A stretch of DNA of 64,000 bases from Candidatus Woesearchaeota archaeon. Its GTDB lineage: Archaea; Nanobdellota; Nanobdellia; Woesearchaeales; ARS49. The translations under genes and the position numbers were made by a program. The notes under the pieces were generated by a model, which was not told where the DNA came from, did not search any database, and saw only the letters and a list, made by a program, of their open reading frames with translations. The DNA is taken from assembly GCA_016188265.1 (NCBI GenBank), contig JACPID010000021.1:15051-79050 (forward strand). The letters run 5' to 3'. This document shows, one piece after another, positions 39,733-48,023 of the stretch (positions are counted from its first letter, which is position 1; every line of letters begins with the position of its first letter).

Positions 39733-41880
39733 TTATAATTGAGCGCTCAATAATCCAGAATAAATTCTCTGGTTTTGATTCATAACTATTTGTTCTAAAA
39801 AGTCATATGTTTCTTGTACTTTATAAGCACATTCAGAACAATCGGCTATTTTCAAATCCTTTTCAGTACGCCAAATTTTATCCTGATATTCTGCATCTTT
39901 TAATTTTTCTTGAAGAATTATTAGTTTCTCTTCAGATAATTCAAATATTTCAAAAATGTTATTCTTCCATTCTTTTCTACAATCTTCACTTAATAAAAAA
40001 GGTGCGAACATTTTATTTAATCTTTCCTTAACATCATTTTCAAGAAGTTTTTGAAAAGGTTTTAGTTTTTCATTATTCTCAATTTTTGCAGTTATGCCTG
40101 CAAGAATATTTAGTTGAGCTGTTCTTCTATTAAGAAGCCCCGTTTTTTCATCTACTGTAGCTCCATGATAAACATGAACATCTTTAAAAGCAAGTTCATC
40201 GCTTTTGCAATCTTCATTACTGTAAAGTTTTAAATCAGAAGTAATGCCAATAACATGATTAACCAATATTAAAGGAAGCGCCATATCTAAAACATGCTTT
40301 CCAACCATGTTAACTGAATAAATTCCTAAAACATCTCTTGGAAATATTTCTAGATCAAAAAGTTCTTTAATCAAAGCAATTGTTATTGGTGCATATGCTG
40401 GATTAATTCTAAATTCAGCACTATTTTGTTTTTCAAGACTTTCACACAACCTTATTTTTTCATTACCTGCAATTATTAAAAGTTCATTTGCCATTTTAAT
40501 TTCTTTATCAAGACTGTAATTAGAAGAAAATTTTTTAATTGCTTCAGCTTCAAAGCAGAACTCACAACCAAAAGTAGGCCCTCCTTTTAAAACATCTTCT
40601 AAATATTTCAGTTCATCGTATAATCTCTTAATTTCTTTTTTAATGTTATAATCGTTTACACCTTGTTTTTTTTGATTTAAAAAACGCGCTGCAATTAATT
40701 GCCTGCTTCCTGTAGTTAGTGTAAAATCAGCCAAAAAATCCTGCAAAGCAAAATATTCTTTCACCATTGTTATGAGATCTTCATTTTTATAAGATGATCT
40801 TTTTAACAAAACATTATGAGCTAATTTAACATAATCTAAATTTTTACTTCCTAATTTTTCTTCTAAAGAATTTTCTAATTCAAGAAGTTTTTCTAAATTT
40901 TTAATGCATTTAGCATCAGTTTTCAAACATCTCAAACCAGTTAATGATTTTGGATTTTGTTTTGCATATTTTTTTAATTCTTCAAAATCACCCTCATACT
41001 GAATAAATTGATCTGTTTTGCAAGGAACAATAACATTTGCAGTGCCATTAAATTCTTTAACATCAACTTTATCACTTATTACTAAATTAGCAAAACAACA
41101 ATCTTTATCCAAACATAAACTTTCTATATCACCAATAACCAAATTAAAATGAGCATCATCAAAAACAGCATATTTTGACTTAATCCCTCCGATAAAATTT
41201 CCAACAAAAGCCCTTTTTGAAACTCCGCTATAACCTACATTTATTTTTCCAACACTGCCGCAAACTATTGAAGTTAATATGCCATCAAGATTTGCATTTA
41301 TTTCTTCAACATTTTCTCCTACAAAAGAATTTGCAATCCCTGTACAACTTGTTTTTAAATAACCAACACTTCCCCTTACAACTGAACAATCAATGCAGCT
41401 GTCTCTTGAAATTATCTTATGTATGTTTCCATCAATATTTGATTCATCCACACCTTTTGCTCCTGCAGTTATAATATCCAAATCACCAGATATATTTGAT
41501 TTTAATAAACCAGTATTACCTGCTTTTATAATCTTAACACTTCCTTCAATTATTGATGAAATAACACCTGAAAGACCAACAATAATAGTATTTATTCCAT
41601 TATAACAATGCGAATTTTGAACTCCATTAGTTTTTGATTCAATAATATTTATTTTTCCAAAAATATTCGAATTATAAACCCCGTTAGCTGAAGCTATTAT
41701 TTTTTCAATATTACTAAATATACTGCAAGAACAAATACCATTTCCAGTAGAATTTTCAACTAATGAAATTTCTTCTTTGACTGTTTTATTCTTCAAGCCT
41801 TTTTCAAATTTTAAAGACAATCTAAACCTCCCGGCAATTATGCAATGCTTAGTGTAGTGTCGAGAGTGATTTTCGAGCAT
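39733..41880 (-). CDS. Large hypothetical protein with 19-aa beta-solenoid repeats and a possible amidoligase-like C-terminal domain
   Basis: About nine 19-aa repeats; PTFGCEF...AEFRINP. Confidence 0.6.
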   Translation of the reverse strand: MLENHSRHYTKHCIIAGRFRLSLKFEKGLKNKTVKEEISLVENSTGNGICSCSIFSNIEKIIASANGVYNSNIFGKINIIESKTNGVQNSHCYNGINTIIVGLSGVISSIIEGSVKIIKAGNTGLLKSNISGDLDIITAGAKGVDESNIDGNIHKIISRDSCIDCSVVRGSVGYLKTSCTGIANSFVGENVEEINANLDGILTSIVCGSVGKINVGYSGVSKRAFVGNFIGGIKSKYAVFDDAHFNLVIGDIESLCLDKDCCFANLVISDKVDVKEFNGTANVIVPCKTDQFIQYEGDFEELKKYAKQNPKSLTGLRCLKTDAKCIKNLEKLLELENSLEEKLGSKNLDYVKLAHNVLLKRSSYKNEDLITMVKEYFALQDFLADFTLTTGSRQLIAARFLNQKKQGVNDYNIKKEIKRLYDELKYLEDVLKGGPTFGCEFCFEAEAIKKFSSNYSLDKEIKMANELLIIAGNEKIRLCESLEKQNSAEFRINPAYAPITIALIKELFDLEIFPRDVLGIYSVNMVGKHVLDMALPLILVNHVIGITSDLKLYSNEDCKSDELAFKDVHVYHGATVDEKTGLLNRRTAQLNILAGITAKIENNEKLKPFQKLLENDVKERLNKMFAPFLLSEDCRKEWKNNIFEIFELSEEKLIILQEKLKDAEYQDKIWRTEKDLKIADCSECAYKVQETYDFLEQIVMNQNQRIYSGLLSAQL

Positions 41881-41924
41881 GCTCAAGAACTACACGCTAC
41901 CTACTTAAGTAGGTAGTTCTTAAC
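41859..41924 (-). mobile_element. Hairpin element family 3, copy b
   Basis: Minus strand GTTAAGAAC-TACCTAC-TTAA-GTAGGTA-GCGTGTAGTTCTTGA; homologous to 37526. Confidence 0.65.
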
Positions 41925-42023
41925 ATTTTAAAAGCAATATGAATTAATGCAATAAAAACATAATAAATATATCGACGATGGTAAATAGTAAGATTTATAT
42001 ATTAATTAACGATAGTTAATTGC

Positions 42024-42383
42024 ATGGTGAAGCTTATTCAACCGCAGGAATTAGAAGTGTTTTATGTACTTCCAGCTCTGCGCAGAGAACTAACTAAAGA
42101 ATTAATAAATAAAGGCTTAGAGCAAAAAGAAATTGCCAAATTGCTTCATGTTTCAGCGCCATCAATAAGCCATTATATTCATTCAAAGCGTGCTGTTTTA
42201 ATTCAGTTTCAGAAAAAAATTAAAGATGAAGTTAAAAAATCAGCAGAGAAGTTAGTGTCAACCAAAGATTTAATTATTTCAACTCAAGAATTAATAATCA
42301 TGGCCAGAAATGACAAAATCACCTGTAAACTGTGCCAAAAAATAAATAATCAACCATATTCTTGCAATGTATGCTTTAAATGA
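42024..42383 (+). CDS. HTH transcription regulator with C-terminal Cys cluster
   Basis: LPALRRE..GLEQKEIAKLL.VS..SISHY..SKRA; CKLC...CNVC. Confidence 0.8.
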   Translation: MVKLIQPQELEVFYVLPALRRELTKELINKGLEQKEIAKLLHVSAPSISHYIHSKRAVLIQFQKKIKDEVKKSAEKLVSTKDLIISTQELIIMARNDKITCKLCQKINNQPYSCNVCFK

Positions 42384-42389
42384 GGAATT

Positions 42390-43508
42390 ATGAAAAAAAT
42401 ATATCTTGATCATGCTGCAGCAACACCAGTTGATGCTAGAGTAAAAACTATTATGGATAAATACTTTAATGAATATTTTGGCAATCCTAGCAGCATAACT
42501 GAAGTTGGATTAAACGCAAAAAAAGCTATTGAAGAATCTCGCGAAGTAATAGCACAAATAATAAATGCGCTTCCAGAAGAAATTATTTTTACAAGCAGTG
42601 GAACTGAAAGCATCAATCTAGCAATTCAAGGCATTGCAAAAGCATTGAAACATAAAGGCAATCACGTAATCACTTCAAAAATAGAGCATAACTTAGAACC
42701 AGACAAATACGGGCAAGTTCAACCTGAACAAGTTGAGCAGGCAATAAAACACAATACAATTCTTGCAAGTATAATGTACGCTAACAATGAAATCGGCACA
42801 ATTAATAATATTTCAAAAATAGGAGAAATAGCGCGAAAACAAGAAGTTTATTTTCATACAGATGCCTGCCAAGCAGCAAATTATCTTGATCTTGATGTTA
42901 AAAAACTTAATGCTGATTTATTAACACTAAATGCAAGTAAAATATATGGGCCAAAAGGCGCTGGACTTTTATTTGTTAAGAAAAACACTAAGATTAAGCC
43001 ATTAATTTACGGCGGAGGCCAAGAAAATGGCTTGCGTAGTGGAACAGAAAATGTTCCTGCAATAGTTGGGTTTGCAAGTGCATTGATGCTTGTTGCTAAA
43101 AATCGCAGCCAAGAGTTTGAAAGACTTTTGAATTTAAAGAATATGTTTATTAAAGAATTAAAAAAAACACCAGATACAATTATCAACGGCCACTTAATTG
43201 AAAGCTTACCAAACAATATCAGCGCAACATTTAAAGGAATAGAAGCTGATGCAATTATTTTTCATTTAAATGAACAAGGCATTTTTGCTTCAACAGGAAG
43301 CGCATGCACAACAAAATCATTGGAACCAAGCCATGTAATTACAGGAATTGGGATTCCTGCTCAGCATGCAAATGGAACAGTAAGATTTACATTAGGCAGA
43401 GAAACAACAAAAAAAGATATTGATTATGTTGTTAAAATAATCAATCAAGTTGTTGACAAATTAAGAGCAGTATCACCTGTTCAGTTTGAACAAAAATTAA
43501 TTGTTTAG
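42390..43508 (+). CDS. iscS: Cysteine desulfurase (IscS/NifS type) with apparent internal deletion
   Basis: YLDHAAATP, FTSSGTES, HTDACQ, SKIYGPKG, STGSAC. Confidence 0.9.
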   Translation: MKKIYLDHAAATPVDARVKTIMDKYFNEYFGNPSSITEVGLNAKKAIEESREVIAQIINALPEEIIFTSSGTESINLAIQGIAKALKHKGNHVITSKIEHNLEPDKYGQVQPEQVEQAIKHNTILASIMYANNEIGTINNISKIGEIARKQEVYFHTDACQAANYLDLDVKKLNADLLTLNASKIYGPKGAGLLFVKKNTKIKPLIYGGGQENGLRSGTENVPAIVGFASALMLVAKNRSQEFERLLNLKNMFIKELKKTPDTIINGHLIESLPNNISATFKGIEADAIIFHLNEQGIFASTGSACTTKSLEPSHVITGIGIPAQHANGTVRFTLGRETTKKDIDYVVKIINQVVDKLRAVSPVQFEQKLIV

Positions 43509-43520
43509 GAGGTAATTAAA

Positions 43521-44294
43521 ATGACAGAACAAGTTGAACAAAATTTAACAAATGAAACAAAAAAATCAAAATATGCTTGCACTGTTTGCGGATATGTTTA
43601 TGATGAATCAGTTGAAAGAGTGTTATGGGCTGATTTAGCTGAAAACTGGACTTGCCCTAAGTGTGGTGTTGGTAAAGATCTTTTTGAATCAATGCAAGAA
43701 GAGCCTGTAGTTAGTAGCCAAAAGCCTGCAGGCATAATGCCTAAAACAGCTGACAAAATCACTAAAGATATGACTATTGGAGAGCTGGTGCAGAATTATC
43801 CTTCTGTTGTTGAAATAATGCTTGCAGAAGGTGTGCATTGCGTTGGTTGCGGAGCAGCTCATTGGGAAACTATTGAACAAGGATTAAAAGGCCATGGTAA
43901 AACAGATAAAGAAGTTGAAGAAGTTGTCAGAAAACTAAATGAAGCAATTCCAGAAGAACATGGAAGTTCTGATAAAATTATAATTACATCAAAAGCTGCA
44001 GTTAAGCTAAAAGAAATACTTAAATCACAAAACAAAGAAAATATGGGATTACGCATTCAAGTTATGCCCGGAGGCTGTTCTGGATTTCAATATGGCTTTG
44101 ATTTTGAAGAAAGCGCAAAAGAAAATGATGAAGTTATTGAAGTTGAAGATGTTAAATTTTTTATTGACACTCAAAGCATTCAAATGCTTAGAGGCGCAAA
44201 AGTTGATTATGTTGACAGCTTACAGGGCGCAGGATTTAAAATAAGCAATCCAAATGCTAAAGCAACTTGCGGTTGCGGGCAGTCATTTAGCTAA
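43521..44294 (+). CDS. Rubredoxin-DUF1858-IscA/HesB fusion, Fe-S cluster carrier
   Basis: CTVCGYVYD...WTCPKCG; GVHCVGC; GGCSG..CGCGQSF. Confidence 0.88.
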   Translation: MTEQVEQNLTNETKKSKYACTVCGYVYDESVERVLWADLAENWTCPKCGVGKDLFESMQEEPVVSSQKPAGIMPKTADKITKDMTIGELVQNYPSVVEIMLAEGVHCVGCGAAHWETIEQGLKGHGKTDKEVEEVVRKLNEAIPEEHGSSDKIIITSKAAVKLKEILKSQNKENMGLRIQVMPGGCSGFQYGFDFEESAKENDEVIEVEDVKFFIDTQSIQMLRGAKVDYVDSLQGAGFKISNPNAKATCGCGQSFS

Positions 44295-44295
44295 A

Positions 44296-44934
44296 ATGAA
44301 TAAAAAAATAAAAGAAAGGAAATTGAAAATTCTTGCATTTAGCGACATTCATGGAGATCAAGCAGCAATTGATCGCATGGTAAAAAGAGCTGAGCAGGAA
44401 AATGTTGATTTAGTTATTATTGCAGGAGATTTCAGCCCTAGACATGCAATTGATACAGCTCCGCCAAACTTAATTGGCCCTTTCTTAAAATTAGGGAAAA
44501 AAGTTCTAGTTTTGCACGGCAATAATGAAACAGAAACAACAGTTGATTTCTTAACTGATTTGTATGGTGTTCAAAATCTTCACAAGTATTCTTTAGAACT
44601 TAATGGCATAGGTATTTTTGGCGCAGGAAGCGCAGATGTAGGACCATTTCCAATAAATGATAGAGAAATATTTGAGAAATTAGAAAAAAGCCACAATTAT
44701 ATTCAGCAATCAAAGAAAAAAATAATGGTAACTCACGCACATCCTTCAGGATCATTAATTGAAAAATTCACAAATATTTTTAAAGGAAGTGAAAGTGTTA
44801 GAAAAGCAATTGATAAATTTCAACCAAATATTTTAATCTGCGGGCACGTGCATGAAGCTGCAGGTGTTGAAGAAATAATTGGAAAAACAAAAGTAGTTAA
44901 TGTAGCTAAAGTTGGAAAGGTTATTGAAATTTAA
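44296..44934 (+). CDS. Metallophosphoesterase (Icc-like)
   Basis: SDIHG, AGD, GNNE, THAHP, GHVHE. Confidence 0.88.
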   Translation: MNKKIKERKLKILAFSDIHGDQAAIDRMVKRAEQENVDLVIIAGDFSPRHAIDTAPPNLIGPFLKLGKKVLVLHGNNETETTVDFLTDLYGVQNLHKYSLELNGIGIFGAGSADVGPFPINDREIFEKLEKSHNYIQQSKKKIMVTHAHPSGSLIEKFTNIFKGSESVRKAIDKFQPNILICGHVHEAAGVEEIIGKTKVVNVAKVGKVIEI

Positions 44935-44955
44935 TCTTTTTTAGTTCCTGTTGTG

Positions 44956-45096
44956 AACTAAAGTTTTGCGTTCGCATGAAATTCTTTAAATTTCAGCGCA
45001 CACAAACTGCAATGCAATTTGTCGTGTTTTATTGATCTAGGCAAAACTTTAGAACCTGTACTTTTGCCTATTTACTTATAAAATGCAAAAGTCTAG
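44956..45096. repeat. Hairpin repeat family 1, copy b with nested ~53-nt two-hairpin insertion
   Basis: Matches 4033-4120 apart from the insert at about 44973-45026. Confidence 0.85.
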
Positions 45097-45173
45097 GTAA
45101 AGTTAGGTTTAAAAACAAAACTATATACTGAATATAGTACATGTTTAAAAATGTAAATTTAGATTATTTTAAA

Positions 45174-45250
45174 AAAGGGTGCTGTGGGCAGACGACCTCC
45201 ATTTTCCTAATTTTATTCTGCACAAACCCTCCAATTACACAGCACTCTTT
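45174..45250. other. GC-rich intergenic stem-loop, candidate small RNA
   Basis: AAAGGGTGCTGTG/CACAGCACTCTTT 13-bp stem, inner GCAGA/TCTGC. Confidence 0.4.
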
Positions 45251-45309
45251 ATTTTTATTCATAACATAATATAGAAAAAAATAAAAGTTAACTCTTTTTT
45301 TAGTAACCA

Positions 45310-46041
45310 ATGGCTCAAAAAAAAGTGCTTATCGGCTGTCCAACTTCAGATAGAAAAGCATATTGTTTGCAAAGATTTATTAGTTCACTAAAATCAATCA
45401 CTTATACAAACTCTGATATTTTGTTTGTAGATAATTCTTCTACTCAAAATTATGCTGAGAATATTAGAAAATACGGGTATGAAGTTGTTCACCAGAAAAC
45501 CAGCGGAAATCATGTCATAGAGCATATTATTCAAAATAGAAATATAATAATAAAACGCGCTCTTGAAAAAAAGTATGATTATTTGTTATTTTTAGATACT
45601 GACATTGAATTTCCAGAAGATCTAATTGAAAGGCTTCTTAAACATGATAAACCAATAACTTCTAGCGTATATTTATCAATACAAACAGTCAAAGGCAAAA
45701 ATTTAATTGCACCAGTTCTTATGGACTTTACAAGTGTAAAAGGATTTGTTCAACATATTCCATTGAATAAAGTAATAAATCAAGACTTTTTTGAAGTAGC
45801 AGCTTGTGGTTTTGGCTGTTGCTTAATAAAAACAGAAGTTCTTGAAAAAGTTCCTTTGAGGTATAATAAAGAGTACGGCGGAGGTGAAGACTTTTTATTC
45901 TGCGCAGATGCAAGAGACAAATTTGGCTATAAAACTTATGTTGATACAAGCATTAAATGCATTCATATTATGGAAGATAGAGATATTGATTTTCCAATGG
46001 CTTCAATATCAACTAGTATTACTTATTCAAGAGCTCAATAA
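45310..46041 (+). CDS. Glycosyltransferase family 2
   Basis: FVDNSS, FLDTD, GFGCCLI, GED. Confidence 0.85.
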   Translation: MAQKKVLIGCPTSDRKAYCLQRFISSLKSITYTNSDILFVDNSSTQNYAENIRKYGYEVVHQKTSGNHVIEHIIQNRNIIIKRALEKKYDYLLFLDTDIEFPEDLIERLLKHDKPITSSVYLSIQTVKGKNLIAPVLMDFTSVKGFVQHIPLNKVINQDFFEVAACGFGCCLIKTEVLEKVPLRYNKEYGGGEDFLFCADARDKFGYKTYVDTSIKCIHIMEDRDIDFPMASISTSITYSRAQ

Positions 46042-46074
46042 GTTGTTAACAACTGGAAAGGAATGGTATGCTTT

Positions 46075-46440
46075 CTAATTTTTCTTAAGTACAGCAGTAG
46101 TTGTTGGAGTGTATTTGAGAATGTTTTCTGCTGATAAAGTAAAACAAACTGATAAAAAAGGGTTGATCGTTTTTTTAATTTCTTCATATTTTTGTACTCC
46201 TTTTTTTGTTAAACTCAAATTTTTATTAGTATAAGAGATGCACTTTCTTTTTTCAAGATTTTCTAAATTTTGGTATAAAGCTCTTTCTTTTTTTCCTGCA
46301 AGATTGGCGCTCATTGCAAGATCAATAAATGCTTTTTTGTTTAAAGAAATAGTATGAGGTTGTTTTTCAAAATGTTGAGAATAAGCTTCCTGGCATGCGC
46401 CTAACATAAACAAAATATGTTCTTGAGCTCTTGATTCCAT
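46075..46440 (-). CDS. Hypothetical winged-helix-like protein
   Basis: ALYQNLENLEKRKCI..LSLTKKG. Confidence 0.6.
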   Translation of the reverse strand: MESRAQEHILFMLGACQEAYSQHFEKQPHTISLNKKAFIDLAMSANLAGKKERALYQNLENLEKRKCISYTNKNLSLTKKGVQKYEEIKKTINPFLSVCFTLSAENILKYTPTTTAVLKKN

Positions 46441-46443
46441 AAT

Positions 46444-47733
46444 TTATGCCTTCTTTAATTTGTTGATAACATCTTCTACTGACAAATACTCTTCTTTTCC
46501 TGTTTTCATATCTTTAAGTTTAACTTTATTTTTCTTAAGTTCATCTTCTCCTACAATTATTGCATAAGCAATGCCTAATTTATCTGCATAATCAAGATTT
46601 TTGCTAATGCTTTTACCAACTTGATCAAGATCAGCTTCTATTTCAGAATCTCGCAATTTTTTAACTATATTCAAACACTGATTTATTGTATTAATGGGAA
46701 TAATATATGCTTTTACTGTTGATTTTTGAGCTGGCTCTTTTTTTAATGCTTCATAAAGTACATCAAGGCCAAATGAAATTCCAACTGCAGGAAATTCTTG
46801 TTTGCTTTTTAAAAACTGGCTTATTATTTTATCAAATCTTCCTCCAGCAGCAATAGAAGATTTTATTTCACTATTTTTAAGAAATACTTCAAATGCAGTT
46901 CCAGTATATATTTCTAAACCTCTTGCCAAACTAGGAAGCAATCTTACATTTTCTTTAATATTTAATTCTTTTAAATAATCAAATAATTCTTGCAGTTCTT
47001 TAATGCCTTGTTTTCCAACTTCATTTGTTACTTTTTTAGAAAGTTTTTCTAAAACTTCAGAATTATCTTTGTTAATAGTTAATAAATTAAATAAATCATT
47101 AAAACTTGATTTTTTAATGCCTTTTTCAATTAATTCTTTTTTAACTTCTTCAACGCCTATTTTTTTTAATTTATCAATTGATAAAATAACATCACTAATA
47201 TTGTTTTTGTTAATGCCTGCAGTTTCCAAAATTCCAGATAATAATTTTCTGTTATTAACTTCAACATAACCCTCAAGTTTTAATTTTTTTAACACTTCTA
47301 AGCTTAAAGCAATTAATTCTGCATCAGCAATCATTGATTTTATTCCAATAATATCAGCATCGCATTGAGTAAATTCTCTAAGCCTTGCTGTTTTTACTGG
47401 ACCGTCTCTGAATACTTTGCCAATTTCATATTTTTTAAAAGGCAATTTTATGTTTGGATTCATTCCTATAAGCCTTGATAAAGGAACTGTAAGATCATAT
47501 CTAAGGGCTAGTTTTCTTCTGCCTTGGTCTTTTAAAGAATAAGTTTCTTTAAGTATTTCAGCACCTCCAGCATATTTAGAAGCAAGAACAGCATATTCTT
47601 CTAGTATAGGAGTTTCTACAGGGTTAAAGCCATACAGTTTGAATGTTTTAACTAATAATTCTTTTATCTGTTCTCTTTTAATTTGTTCCTCAGGCAGATA
47701 ATCCTTTGTTCCTTTAACTAGTTTTAATTCCAT
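46444..47733 (-). CDS. hisS: Histidine--tRNA ligase
   Basis: KGTKD, LRYDLTVP, REFTQCDAD, ARGLEIYTG, GGRFD. Confidence 0.97.
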   Translation of the reverse strand: MELKLVKGTKDYLPEEQIKREQIKELLVKTFKLYGFNPVETPILEEYAVLASKYAGGAEILKETYSLKDQGRRKLALRYDLTVPLSRLIGMNPNIKLPFKKYEIGKVFRDGPVKTARLREFTQCDADIIGIKSMIADAELIALSLEVLKKLKLEGYVEVNNRKLLSGILETAGINKNNISDVILSIDKLKKIGVEEVKKELIEKGIKKSSFNDLFNLLTINKDNSEVLEKLSKKVTNEVGKQGIKELQELFDYLKELNIKENVRLLPSLARGLEIYTGTAFEVFLKNSEIKSSIAAGGRFDKIISQFLKSKQEFPAVGISFGLDVLYEALKKEPAQKSTVKAYIIPINTINQCLNIVKKLRDSEIEADLDQVGKSISKNLDYADKLGIAYAIIVGEDELKKNKVKLKDMKTGKEEYLSVEDVINKLKKA

Positions 47734-48023
47734 GATCTAATACAAGTATTTACAGTTTAAAAAAGTTTAGTTCTCGCCTAGCCAGGAACCGGAGAAAAAA
47801 GATAATTCTTATCATGACAACTAAAAAATTCTGTAACAGCCGCAAAAATTGTTCTCACATTTTTCTTCTAACTTAACTTTATCACGTGAAAAGTAAATAC
47901 AAATGTGAAAAGATAATAATAGAAGTCCAAACTTACTACTTAGTTAGATAAAGTGGCAAAGTTAAGTTCTAAGCTTTCCACCATTAATGCAAGAATTAAT
48001 AAAGAGAAACAGATAACTAAATT

